Origin: Candidatus Hadarchaeota archaeon | GTDB lineage: Archaea > Hadarchaeota > Hadarchaeia > Hadarchaeales > JAGGTB01 | Reading direction: 5' to 3' | NCBI GenBank assembly: GCA_964384105.1 | Contig: CAYLJV010000004.1 | Location: forward strand, 32,001 to 96,000 | DNA length: 64,000 nt | In this document: piece after piece, positions 49,351-58,440 of the stretch | Numbering within the stretch: position 1 is the stretch's first letter | How the letters are laid out: each line of letters begins with the position of its first letter | Program-made: the position numbers and the translations under genes | Notes under the pieces: model-generated | The model's input: the letters and a program-made list of their open reading frames with translations, nothing else | Told to the model about the DNA's origin: nothing | Databases searched by the model: none

Positions 49351-49563
49351 TTAAGGTTCTGAACCGAAAAGTTGTTCTACCAGAGATTTATCTTTAGGTT
49401 TCGTTTTCTCCCTTTCTGCTTCTTTGTCTACTTTGCCCTTTTTTATTATGATACCTTTGCAGTTTCTACAACGGAAGAATTCGTTGTTTCCTACATCGGC
49501 CCCTAGATACTTTAGGGAATCGTGCTCACAGTCCTTGTCTCCGGCTACACTATAAAATGTCAT
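49351..49563 (-). CDS. small zinc-binding hypothetical protein
   Basis: CEH...CRNC pattern. Confidence 0.6.
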   Translation of the reverse strand: MTFYSVAGDKDCEHDSLKYLGADVGNNEFFRCRNCKGIIIKKGKVDKEAEREKTKPKDKSLVEQLFGSEP

Positions 49564-49663
49564 TTCACTTTTAGCTGTCTTTTTGGTAACAAGTAAACTT
49601 TTTGGGTGTTTTAACTTTTTGGATGTTTTATGATAGATACGGCTTTGCTGATTGGTAAAGATT

Positions 49664-49816
49664 CTAGGAATTCTCTTCCGATATTTTGTCTATCAGAAAC
49701 AAAATGGGGCTAAAAAATAACGCAACTAGAATCAACAGTATTTTCACCGGTTTTGGAACATATCCTTGGTCGAGCATGTCATAGAGTCGATCTATCTCTT
49801 CGTCTCTAGTCGTCAT
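49664..49816 (-). CDS. 50-aa single-TM microprotein (not in ORF track)
   Basis: MTTRDEEIDRLYDMLDQGYVPKPVKILLILVALFFSPILFLIDKISEENS; GGTGA and TTTATA upstream. Confidence 0.5.
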   Translation of the reverse strand: MTTRDEEIDRLYDMLDQGYVPKPVKILLILVALFFSPILFLIDKISEENS

Positions 49817-49955
49817 TGTCAGTGGACTTTCACCAATAAGTTATATAAAATTGTTTTTACCAACGCTCTTTCAAATTGTCAATGGTTTATATTTAAAAGC
49901 AGTGTTAGAGCTTTAAGAGAATAAAAATTAAACTATAGTTTTGTGAGGAAATTAG

Positions 49956-51140
49956 ATGAACATTTTGATTTGGATAGGAATCGCCGCCGCAGTCCTATGG
50001 ATTTTCATAATAATTTTGGATCGATTGTATGATTTGGAGTCCAAAGGTATCTCAGTAGCTCCGGGAATGGTTACTTGGCGTACCCAGCATGGTCTCGGTT
50101 TCATTGACAGGATAGCTAAGGCTGGAAAAGGTCTTTGGAAAGTTTTTGGATATCTTGGAGGTAGTATAGGGGGTATCCTCATGGCAGTAATGTTTGCCTT
50201 GCTGATCCTCAATACTGTTATGTTGTATACAGTGGGGGCACCGCCGGGTACGGGAGGTGCAGGTGTTAGGTTTGCCATACCAGGGCTCACGATACCTCTT
50301 CTAGCGGGGATAATCGGTCTCGCTACCGTATTGATTGTTCACGAACCGGCTCACGGCATTGTTCTCAGAAAACTTGGTATGAAGACTAAATCAACGGGTT
50401 TGGCACTCTTTTTACTCATCCCTGGAGCTTTTGTTGAGGAGGACGAAGAGGAGTTCAAAAAAGTATCTGTTTCGAAAAGGATTCAGGTGGCGGGGGCTGG
50501 GTCTTTTGCTAACTTAATATTGGCGATGGGTTGTTTCCTGATTGTACTAACTCTCATTTCACCTTTATCTGGTCTATACATAACCAATGCAGTTGAGAAT
50601 CAACCAGCTGCGATGGCGGGTTTGCCTGATGGGTCTCGTTTGGTGGGAATAGACGACACTCAGATCGAGGATTACTCGGATCTTCAGAATTTTATGGAAA
50701 ACGCTTACCCAGGTCAGGAGATTGTCTTAAGGACCACGGAGAACCAATATCTTGTAACTCTTGCGAGTGATAATGGTGAACCGCATATTGGAATTGAGTT
50801 CATAGCGGCGACTTCGATCTCTAAAGGCACATTGATGAGGCCAGTCGGAATATATTCAGTGGCAATTAGCGAGATATTGATGAATCCGATAGTGAATCAA
50901 TATACTTACGATAGTCCCATCCCTTGGTCTATCTTAGAATTGCTCAAATGGATATTTACTTTGAATCTTTTGGTTGGGCTCTTTAACCTTCTGCCGCTCA
51001 AACCACTCGATGGGGGGCACATAGTGCAGGGTCTTTCTGAAAAGATCGCGTCTAAGTCGAATGCAAGCAGGATAGCTAATGGGATCAGTAGTATAACCTT
51101 GATAGTTATTTTGTTGAATTTCCTCCCAGCTCTCACGTGA
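49956..51140 (+). CDS. site-2 protease (M50) with PDZ domain
   Basis: HEPAH, GAFVE, AGSFAN, NLLPLKPLDGG. Confidence 0.92.
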   Translation: MNILIWIGIAAAVLWIFIIILDRLYDLESKGISVAPGMVTWRTQHGLGFIDRIAKAGKGLWKVFGYLGGSIGGILMAVMFALLILNTVMLYTVGAPPGTGGAGVRFAIPGLTIPLLAGIIGLATVLIVHEPAHGIVLRKLGMKTKSTGLALFLLIPGAFVEEDEEEFKKVSVSKRIQVAGAGSFANLILAMGCFLIVLTLISPLSGLYITNAVENQPAAMAGLPDGSRLVGIDDTQIEDYSDLQNFMENAYPGQEIVLRTTENQYLVTLASDNGEPHIGIEFIAATSISKGTLMRPVGIYSVAISEILMNPIVNQYTYDSPIPWSILELLKWIFTLNLLVGLFNLLPLKPLDGGHIVQGLSEKIASKSNASRIANGISSITLIVILLNFLPALT

Positions 51141-51361
51141 TAACGATGGACGATATCGAGGTCAACGTTAGAATTGTTTCGGACGAAGGCTCTGGAACTT
51201 ACAAACTGGGTTCTGGGTCAAGTATTAGAGACCTGCTCGAAAGTCTCGACAGAAATCCTGAGACCGTAGTGGTTAAGCGGAACGATAAGATAGTTCCCGA
51301 GGAAGAAGAATTGGAGAGCGGAGATGAAATAGTGGTAGTACCCGTGGTTTCGGGTGGTTAG
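51137..51361 (+). CDS. ubiquitin-like sulfur carrier (SAMP/ThiS/MoaD)
   Basis: Beta-grasp size, C-terminal VVSGG. Confidence 0.9.
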   Translation: MITMDDIEVNVRIVSDEGSGTYKLGSGSSIRDLLESLDRNPETVVVKRNDKIVPEEEELESGDEIVVVPVVSGG

Positions 51362-52321
51362 TTGAAGGAGTGCAGTTTTTGCGGGAGACGGGCCGTTTAC
51401 AATCACAGGACCGCTGGCGTTTATAGATGCGACAGATGCTTTTCCAAAAATATAGAGAAAAGATTTCGTCGGACTGTTAATAAATACGACCTCGTGGAAC
51501 CCGGCGACAGAGTCATAGCAGGAGTTTCAGGTGGAAGTGACAGTGTTGTCAATCTGAAGTTACTTGCCGATTACTCTAATTATCGTGATATCGAAGTTGT
51601 TTCTTTGACCATAGATGAGGGAATAGAAGGATATCGAGACGAGAGTATTCCGATCGCTAGAGAAAATTCGGAGAATTTAGGTATAGAACACGTCGTCGTA
51701 GGGTTTGAGGGGGTTTTCGGCGAGAATCTGGACGAATTGGCGAGAATTTCAGAGGAAATAAGCGGACCCGATCCGTGCACGCTCTGTGGAATTCTACGCA
51801 GATCCCTCCTCAACCAAGCTTCTCGCGAATTGAATGGGGATAGATTAGCTATCGCCCACAATCTCGACGATGAGGTCCAGACAATCATGTTGAATTACAT
51901 AAGAGGGGACCTTTCAAGGCTCAAGAGAATAGGCCCAAAGACCGAAGCACAGGAAGGTTTCGTTCCGAGAATCAAGCCGTTGAGAGAAATAACCGAGAAA
52001 GAAGCCGCGATCTATGGGATGTTGAAGGGTCTAAAGATCCATGTGGCGACCTGTTCTTATGTGGGGGGTATGAGAAGCGAGGTTCGGGACTTTATTAATA
52101 AGTTGGAAGAAAACCACCCCACCACAAAATTTAGGATATTGAGAATGTTTGATGAAATGAATCCCCATTTACCTTCTGAATCGAAAGATTTTGAGTTAGA
52201 ACGTTGCGAAATATGTGGCGAGCCCGCTACAGGTGGTTTGTGCAGGGCATGTGAACTGTTAGAACGACTTGGTATAGAAAGAAGGAAAAAAGTCTTATTT
52301 CCGACTAAAGACAAAGGGTAA
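51362..52321 (+). CDS. ncsA: tRNA 2-thiolation protein NcsA/TtuA (TIGR00269)
   Basis: N- and C-terminal Zn fingers, SGGSDS PP-loop variant, PCTLCGILRR, HNLDD. Confidence 0.88.
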   Translation: MKECSFCGRRAVYNHRTAGVYRCDRCFSKNIEKRFRRTVNKYDLVEPGDRVIAGVSGGSDSVVNLKLLADYSNYRDIEVVSLTIDEGIEGYRDESIPIARENSENLGIEHVVVGFEGVFGENLDELARISEEISGPDPCTLCGILRRSLLNQASRELNGDRLAIAHNLDDEVQTIMLNYIRGDLSRLKRIGPKTEAQEGFVPRIKPLREITEKEAAIYGMLKGLKIHVATCSYVGGMRSEVRDFINKLEENHPTTKFRILRMFDEMNPHLPSESKDFELERCEICGEPATGGLCRACELLERLGIERRKKVLFPTKDKG

Positions 52322-52325
52322 CACT

Positions 52326-52640
52326 GGTGGCGAGCTAGGCCGGGGAGCTAGCGGTTCCCTATACGAAAATCCGCTATATGTCGGGCCGAAGCTCTGGGGC
52401 GGCGTTCGGAACCACACGTCGGCTCGACTCGGAGCGTAGACGCCTCGTCCTGTTGGGTCGCTGGTGGCGGACTCTCAACCGGAGGGTTGAGACGAACCGC
52501 CTTCGCCTGCTGAATCCGGTCAGGGACGGAAGTCCGCAGCTGTAGGCAGGACAGTTGGCGCTTGCAGGGTCGCGGGGCCGAGCTACCGACCGAGTGTCAG
52601 GCGTGTGGGGAAGGCGTCCACCCAGAGCCCGTTCGCCACC
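52326..52640 (+). ncRNA. ffs: archaeal SRP (7S) RNA
   Basis: GGTGGCGAG/TTCGCCACC terminal helix, Alu-like CTAGGCCGGGG, helix 8 CAGG-GACGGAAGTC-GCAGC; 315 nt. Confidence 0.93.
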
Positions 52641-52731
52641 ATATTAATCCTGGTTTAGAGCATTGTCGAAAAATCAATATTTAATATTAATGAATGTTTA
52701 AGTTGAGGAAAAAGAAAAATAACTTGCAGAT

Positions 52732-52821
52732 GCCGGGGTGGCCCAGTCTGGTAACGGCGCTGGCTTGCTAAGCCAGTTGCGCGAGAGCGCTTCCTGGGTT
52801 CAAATCCCAGCCCCGGCGCCA
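52732..52821 (+). tRNA. tRNA-Ser(GCU), CCA encoded
   Basis: GCCGGGG/CCCCGGC, CTGGC-TTGCTAA-GCCAG, long variable arm. Confidence 0.96.
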
Positions 52822-52863
52822 TTTCTTTTGTGCGAAGTGAATAAGGAAATTGTAGCGTTTTGA

Positions 52864-53138
52864 TAATTCTAGTATTAAGATTCTTGATATTGAGAAGGAA
52901 GGCCGGGGACGTTACCTCTTTCGCGGGCAGGTTGTTGCCTATACTCTTTTATGTCGGTCGCCAACCGACTACAGTGCCTGCCGGCGCGCCCGGGACCCTC
53001 TGAACCACAAAGTGGTTCTCCAAGTCACCGCTTGGCTGTTTGAACAAGGAGTGAGAAATCTGCCAGCGGGACTTTTAATCCGCCGGTGTTGAAAATATAG
53101 TTCCTCAAGAGAAAAGTCAACGACCGACGGGAGCATGA
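52864..53138 (-). ncRNA. unrecognised structured RNA motif, copy 2
   Basis: Same motif order and stems as 19006-19236 with compensatory changes and one extra hairpin (GAACCAC-TTT-GTGGTTC). Confidence 0.7.
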
Positions 53139-53330
53139 AAGGATAGTCCTTTAATCAATTTATTCTGGTTTTACCTCCTTAACAGTATATAAACTATATA
53201 CTTCTATGTTCTATAACATATTTATATTCCCGGATTTTTTTAAAAAAAACGGAATCATCGATTGCGAATAGGTGAGATGAATCGGGAACATAAACGAAGA
53301 GACTCATTTTGGAGGGCTCTTAATTCTGGA

Positions 53331-53681
53331 CTATAAATTGTTTTGGCGCATTTTCAAGAACTCGGACCATTCATTGGGTTTTATTCCTGCTATCCTCTTC
53401 GCTTCTTTTCTAATGGCTTGTTCTCCTCGTGTTTCAAGTATGTATTCAATCCACTCTGATTTTCTATGATTTTTCAAAAATTCTTTTAGATCCTCCAATT
53501 CCAGAGTATCTATTTTTTCGAGTGTATTTTCTGAGTCATCTTTTACCGAAGCGGGGGACTCGTAGTCTTTTTTTATCAATTCTTCGATGTATTTTGAAAT
53601 GTTTGAGTGATCCTTTTTAAGCCGCTTGATTAGTTTTTCCGACAATTTAATCTCTAGGCGGATTTTGCTGTCTTTGCACAT
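53331..53681 (-). CDS. ribbon-helix-helix (CopG-like) domain protein
   Basis: RLEIKLSEKLIKRLK..NISKYIEELI pattern at the N-terminus. Confidence 0.55.
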   Translation of the reverse strand: MCKDSKIRLEIKLSEKLIKRLKKDHSNISKYIEELIKKDYESPASVKDDSENTLEKIDTLELEDLKEFLKNHRKSEWIEYILETRGEQAIRKEAKRIAGIKPNEWSEFLKMRQNNL

Positions 53682-53799
53682 CGTTGATATCTCTTCCGTT
53701 AGTAGTAAAAATAGATAGGGGGAGTAAAAATTTAAGGAACTCGATCTGTTCTTTTTCGTGAACCGTTCAATTTTCTGATAAGTACCGATACAAATTTAA

Positions 53800-53861
53800 A
53801 AGAGGAGCCCCGGAAGCCAGAAGAAAAGGGGGATCGGGAGGTGACTTCTCACTTCCGAGGC
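53800..53861 (-). terminator. 3' hairpin plus T-tract after the 53882-54883 gene
   Basis: GCCTCGGAAG/CTTCCGGGGC stem plus AGAAG/CTTCT, followed by TCCTCTTTT on the - strand. Confidence 0.55.
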
Positions 53862-53881
53862 ATTAGTATTAGATCAAGTGA

Positions 53882-54883
53882 TTATGGGCCACCTGTATCT
53901 TCAGGAATTCCCGCATCCTCTGGGGGCCCAGCATTTTCTGAATTGTTTTCATTGTTATCTTCCGTTGATCCTGCGTTATCTGGAATGTTTCCGAAGGAGT
54001 TCTCTGATGGTCCCATGTTCCCTGGTACATCAAGGTTCTCGAGGAAATCTCTGATATTATCCATGTTTATTTCTCGGTCCTTCAGGATGTTTCGAATGAT
54101 TCCTGGGGGTAGTGTTTTTTCCTTTAAGAAGTTCTCGAGATCTTCGGTTGGGATATTTCTGTTTTCCAGTATCTCTTTGAGTATTCCTGGTGGTAGTTCC
54201 TTACCCTCCAAGAAGTTCAATAGGTTCTCGTAATGTATTTCACGATTTTCTAAAACTTGCTTCATAATACCCGGTGGCACGAAATTGTTCTCTATCATTC
54301 TTTTGACGTTTTCCCAAGCGTTGTCCATTTCTTGGATTTTTTGTTTCAGTATTCCTGGTGGTATTTCCCCTTCACCGAATGCATTTTCGATATTCTCTAG
54401 GACTCTTTCCTGTACTCTGCTGCGAATCATGGCCCTTTCAATCGCCTGCTTAGCTTGAGGTGAGACTTTGTTCTCTAGATTCTCTAAAACTCTAATGTGG
54501 TTTTGTACTGCTTCTCTTGCTCTCTGGATCCCCTTACCATTATTAGCGAATCCTGCAGCTTTTCCTATCCGGTCTCCTGCTTCGCTAAGCAAGTTAGCGT
54601 GATTGTTAGAGATTCCTCCTGAGGCTACATTTTTGTATTCTTGAATTCGTTCTTGAGCTCTATCTAAATGCCAGTTTGGATTATCGGAATTTGCTAATTC
54701 CTTTATTCGTTCTCCGGCCATTTCCAATCCATAAAGTGGACTTTCCGGATTCTGATCAGCAAAGGAATCTACTGCTACAGGAGTTCCGACTGCTCCGCCG
54801 GCAACCGCTACGATTGCAACAACTGCCGCTGCGGTGACCACTCCTGCTTGTCCTAAGTTTAACATTTTTTCTTTCACCTCCAT
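53882..54883 (-). CDS. exported DUF5667-like protein with 28-aa PPG repeats
   Basis: Hydrophobic N-terminus, PESPLYGLE..GE motif, four PPGI repeats, N/E/P-rich tail. Confidence 0.7.
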   Translation of the reverse strand: MEVKEKMLNLGQAGVVTAAAVVAIVAVAGGAVGTPVAVDSFADQNPESPLYGLEMAGERIKELANSDNPNWHLDRAQERIQEYKNVASGGISNNHANLLSEAGDRIGKAAGFANNGKGIQRAREAVQNHIRVLENLENKVSPQAKQAIERAMIRSRVQERVLENIENAFGEGEIPPGILKQKIQEMDNAWENVKRMIENNFVPPGIMKQVLENREIHYENLLNFLEGKELPPGILKEILENRNIPTEDLENFLKEKTLPPGIIRNILKDREINMDNIRDFLENLDVPGNMGPSENSFGNIPDNAGSTEDNNENNSENAGPPEDAGIPEDTGGP

Positions 54884-55200
54884 GATTTTTCTTAATCTTT
54901 TGGTAAATCCATGTCCAGGACCTTATTTAAATAATCTCCAACAACCGTTCATCTTGTGATTTTATTCCCTATTAGGAAGTACAATTTTATCCTAAAATCC
55001 AAATAGAGATTTTAAAACGTTCATTTTTCAGATAAAAGCTTAATTAAAACTTTAAATTCTAATCAGAAGAATTTACCAAAAATCGTTATAGGTCCCTTAA
55101 GTGGTCGGTTCTTGTTGGATGTGTTTTGTGATTGTTCGGAATTTGAGTAGAAAATGATAGTTTTGGCGAAAAGTAAGAATGGTCGAATGCGATAAGTTGA

Positions 55201-55536
55201 TTATTTTACCATAGTTAAGAACATTTTGAATTTTTCTTCGGCTTTAAGTGAATGAGGTTCGCTTGAGGGTATTACCGTGCTTTCTCCCGATTTTAGTTCC
55301 AGATCCTTTCCTGAGATAGTAACTTTTGCCTTTCCTTCTAGAATCTGTAGTAGGGCTTCGTATGGGGCTGTATGTTCACTAACTGTTTGTCCTTCGTCAA
55401 AAGCGAAGAGGGTTAGAGTTCCTGTTTCTCGATCTACTAATGTTTTGCTTACGATAGAACCTTCTTGGTATTCTATAAGCTCCCCTATTTTGAAGATTTT
55501 GCCGGATATTTCTCTTAGTAAGCTATTTTCACTCAT
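55201..55536 (-). CDS. cupin domain protein
   Basis: LFAFDEGQ.VSEHTAP, PHSL. Confidence 0.9.
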   Translation of the reverse strand: MSENSLLREISGKIFKIGELIEYQEGSIVSKTLVDRETGTLTLFAFDEGQTVSEHTAPYEALLQILEGKAKVTISGKDLELKSGESTVIPSSEPHSLKAEEKFKMFLTMVK

Positions 55537-55618
55537 GGACCCTGCTCCATATACGATTTATGGCTTATTACTGATAGGTAAAAAGAGTTTTTGGTCTTGT
55601 TTCCAAAAAATTTCACAA

Positions 55619-57502
55619 TCAAGTTTCTGAGTCTTGAACTTTTGGCTTATTTAGCTGTACTTCAAATCTGGATCCACCTAGTTCCGATTCTTTAAAGTTT
55701 ATAGTTCCATTGTAACTCTCAATTATCTTTTTTACTAGGGCTAATCCAATTCCTGAGCCGGCCGTTTCTCCACATTTGAATCCTTTGTCAAAGATTCTAT
55801 CTTTTATACCGTCAGGGATTCCTTTACCATCGTCCTCTATTACGACCATGCATTGTTCTGGTGATCTTTTTGTAGAGATTTTGATTATTTCACAATCTGC
55901 ATGCTTGATTGAGTTTTCTACAAGGTTGGAGAATAGCTCCTCTAATAGTGGACCTGCTAAAATTTCGCAGTCTTTATTATCATATTTAATCTTTGTACCT
56001 TCATCATCGGCTTGATCTTCATATTTCTGGACAACTCTTCTTATTACTGAAGAAACATCAATTTTGTCGACTTTGCTTTTGTCTACTTTTCGAAGAGTTC
56101 TAATTTTCTCTATGAGGTTGTTACCCTCCCTGCTCGCCTTTCGAGCTTTTTTAACGTATTCCTCTGCCCCCTCAGGTAAATCGAAATTTCTTAACAGCTC
56201 GTGATATCCTTCGATGATCTGAATTTTATTCTTGAGATCATGTCTTAGAAGCGAATGAAGGAATTCTTCCTTTTCCTTTGTTTTTCTTTTCTCCGAAGCA
56301 ATTAACGCCTTTTCATAATTGGATATGAGGTTTGATTTCATGGAATCGAGTTTCTGAATCTTTTTACGTTTTTTGCCAAGCAATGCGGCTGTTATGATTA
56401 TTGGAACTGCCAGACCACCTACAAAGAAGGATACAACTAGGGGGAGAGCATTCGATAAGAAGGAAAACCCACGGAAGTAGATTACAGTCAAAACCGCAAA
56501 AATTGAGATGCCAAAGATCCATGAAGCCAAACTAAATTTTAACATACGTCTTGCGTAGGTCCACTGAGAAGTTAGTAGTTCCTCGAGTTTTCCTTTCGTT
56601 GCTTTTAATCTATTTTTTATATCCTCTGGGTTACTTTTCCTTATTTCTTCAGACTCTAAGTTTCCTATCTCTCTATGTTCCTCTATTATCTCTTTTTTGG
56701 GACTTTCTGAGAGTTGTTGCTCAAGTATTTTTTCTATTTTCTTATTTTCTGTGATATCTTGAGCTAACAAAAGAGTCTCGTCTGATCCTAATATTACCTG
56801 CTTAAATAAAATGAATTGAGCATCTTTCTTTTCCTTGGGGGTTATCTTGATTTCTTTTTGTTCACTGTTGGGATTTCCGGATATTACTTCAAATTCTTTA
56901 TTTTGAATTTCTTTCTTGTTTTTGTTTGAAGGATTGTTTTCAAGCCAGCTATACAAGTTTCCTAAATCTTCTGTTCCCAAACCCAGCATTTCATCCATTT
57001 TTGAGTTGAAGATTTTTACATTATCTTTTGATCCGCATATCACTATTCCTATTTCAGCGTTTTCGATTGTTTTTCTGTATCTTTTTTCTGATTTTTGGAT
57101 TTCTTTTTGGGCTCGATGTCTTTCTACTGCCTGAAATATTGCATGTTTTAATTCTCCGTATTGTGCCTTTTGGTCTCCGCCTTTCTGGATATATTGATCG
57201 GCTCCGAGATTGAGGGCTTTCATCGCTACCTCTTCCCGACCTTTTCCGGTGAAGATGATGAATGGGATATTGCTGTTTTTTTCCTTCCTTAAGATTCTCA
57301 GAAATTCAAGGCCGTCAATCTCGGACATTTGATAGTCAGATATTATAGCGTCGTATCTTTCATTTTTTAGAAGCTCTAAACTTTTTTCCACGGAGCTCTC
57401 AGTTTCTACATTTATTTCCTTCTCTCCTTTTTCTATGTACAGCTTTGCTTGTTCCAGTAAATCTGGTTCGTCGTCTACAAAAAGTACTCTCAATCTAACC
57501 AA
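55619..57502 (-). CDS. REC-PAS-2TM histidine kinase
   Basis: Receiver, PAS-like segment, two TM helices, LRHDLKN, NSIKHA, DDGKG, GIGL. Confidence 0.88.
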   Translation of the reverse strand: MVRLRVLFVDDEPDLLEQAKLYIEKGEKEINVETESSVEKSLELLKNERYDAIISDYQMSEIDGLEFLRILRKEKNSNIPFIIFTGKGREEVAMKALNLGADQYIQKGGDQKAQYGELKHAIFQAVERHRAQKEIQKSEKRYRKTIENAEIGIVICGSKDNVKIFNSKMDEMLGLGTEDLGNLYSWLENNPSNKNKKEIQNKEFEVISGNPNSEQKEIKITPKEKKDAQFILFKQVILGSDETLLLAQDITENKKIEKILEQQLSESPKKEIIEEHREIGNLESEEIRKSNPEDIKNRLKATKGKLEELLTSQWTYARRMLKFSLASWIFGISIFAVLTVIYFRGFSFLSNALPLVVSFFVGGLAVPIIITAALLGKKRKKIQKLDSMKSNLISNYEKALIASEKRKTKEKEEFLHSLLRHDLKNKIQIIEGYHELLRNFDLPEGAEEYVKKARKASREGNNLIEKIRTLRKVDKSKVDKIDVSSVIRRVVQKYEDQADDEGTKIKYDNKDCEILAGPLLEELFSNLVENSIKHADCEIIKISTKRSPEQCMVVIEDDGKGIPDGIKDRIFDKGFKCGETAGSGIGLALVKKIIESYNGTINFKESELGGSRFEVQLNKPKVQDSET

Positions 57503-57613
57503 TGAATGGTTTTAGTATTATTGAGTTATTAATTTCATTATCTCGAAGCAGCTACAGAGTTATTTTTGGGGGAAGAGCTCTTGATAACTGCTGATTGGAA
57601 TTATATTTGAATA

Positions 57614-58276
57614 TTACTTGTTTTTCAGCTTTATAGATAACCAACTTATCAGAGTCACCAGCAGAGCTGTAACAACGGAGAACAATAATTTTCCTTTCAA
57701 CCCTCCGGATTCTCTAATGAAGGAGATCATATCGTATATGCCTGCGCCGATGTAGTAAGCAGGAAATGCTAATATTATCGGCAAAAGTTTACATAACAGA
57801 TTTTTCCGATTTTGAGATGCTAGGTAACCATTGAGATATATCATAGGCCCAGAAAATAGAAGGAACAACCAGAGTGATCCGGTGAAATTTTCATAGATTA
57901 ATATATGTCCAAAGTCCGGTGTTAGTCCACCAGGATTTGATGTTACTCCAATTATAGGAAGGATGATAAATATTCCAATTGTTCCAATTATCGTTATAAT
58001 AAATCCGAGAGATAGAATTAACTGAGCACGAGATTCCTCTCTTTTGATGATTCTATTCAAGGGGTAAAATAAAATTAGTACTGAGGCTATCGAGCCTACG
58101 AAAAATTGTCTTAGCGGCTCCTCGAGGATGTAACTTGGCGCATTTTGTGGCGAGTTTAACTTTATCCACCCATAGCTCAGTAGGAGGTAGATAGAGCTTA
58201 TAACCACTGCTATTAGTAAAGAGATGATTACTATCCTAGATTTCAAAATGGTTTGACTTTCTTTTTGATTTTTCAT
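57614..58276 (-). CDS. multi-pass membrane hypothetical protein
   Basis: About six hydrophobic segments. Confidence 0.65.
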   Translation of the reverse strand: MKNQKESQTILKSRIVIISLLIAVVISSIYLLLSYGWIKLNSPQNAPSYILEEPLRQFFVGSIASVLILFYPLNRIIKREESRAQLILSLGFIITIIGTIGIFIILPIIGVTSNPGGLTPDFGHILIYENFTGSLWLFLLFSGPMIYLNGYLASQNRKNLLCKLLPIILAFPAYYIGAGIYDMISFIRESGGLKGKLLFSVVTALLVTLISWLSIKLKNK

Positions 58277-58440
58277 TTTCTCAGTTTGTTATTTTTTAGA
58301 TATCTAAAGTGCGGAAGTGGTATTTGAAGGTTGGTGTTTTCTTTTTTAAGGGAAGTTATTTTTACTTTTTGTTTCGTCTTGGATACAAAGTTTATAATCA
58401 GAGTTCTTCATAAACTTCGTAGAATAGTAGGTGAACATAA

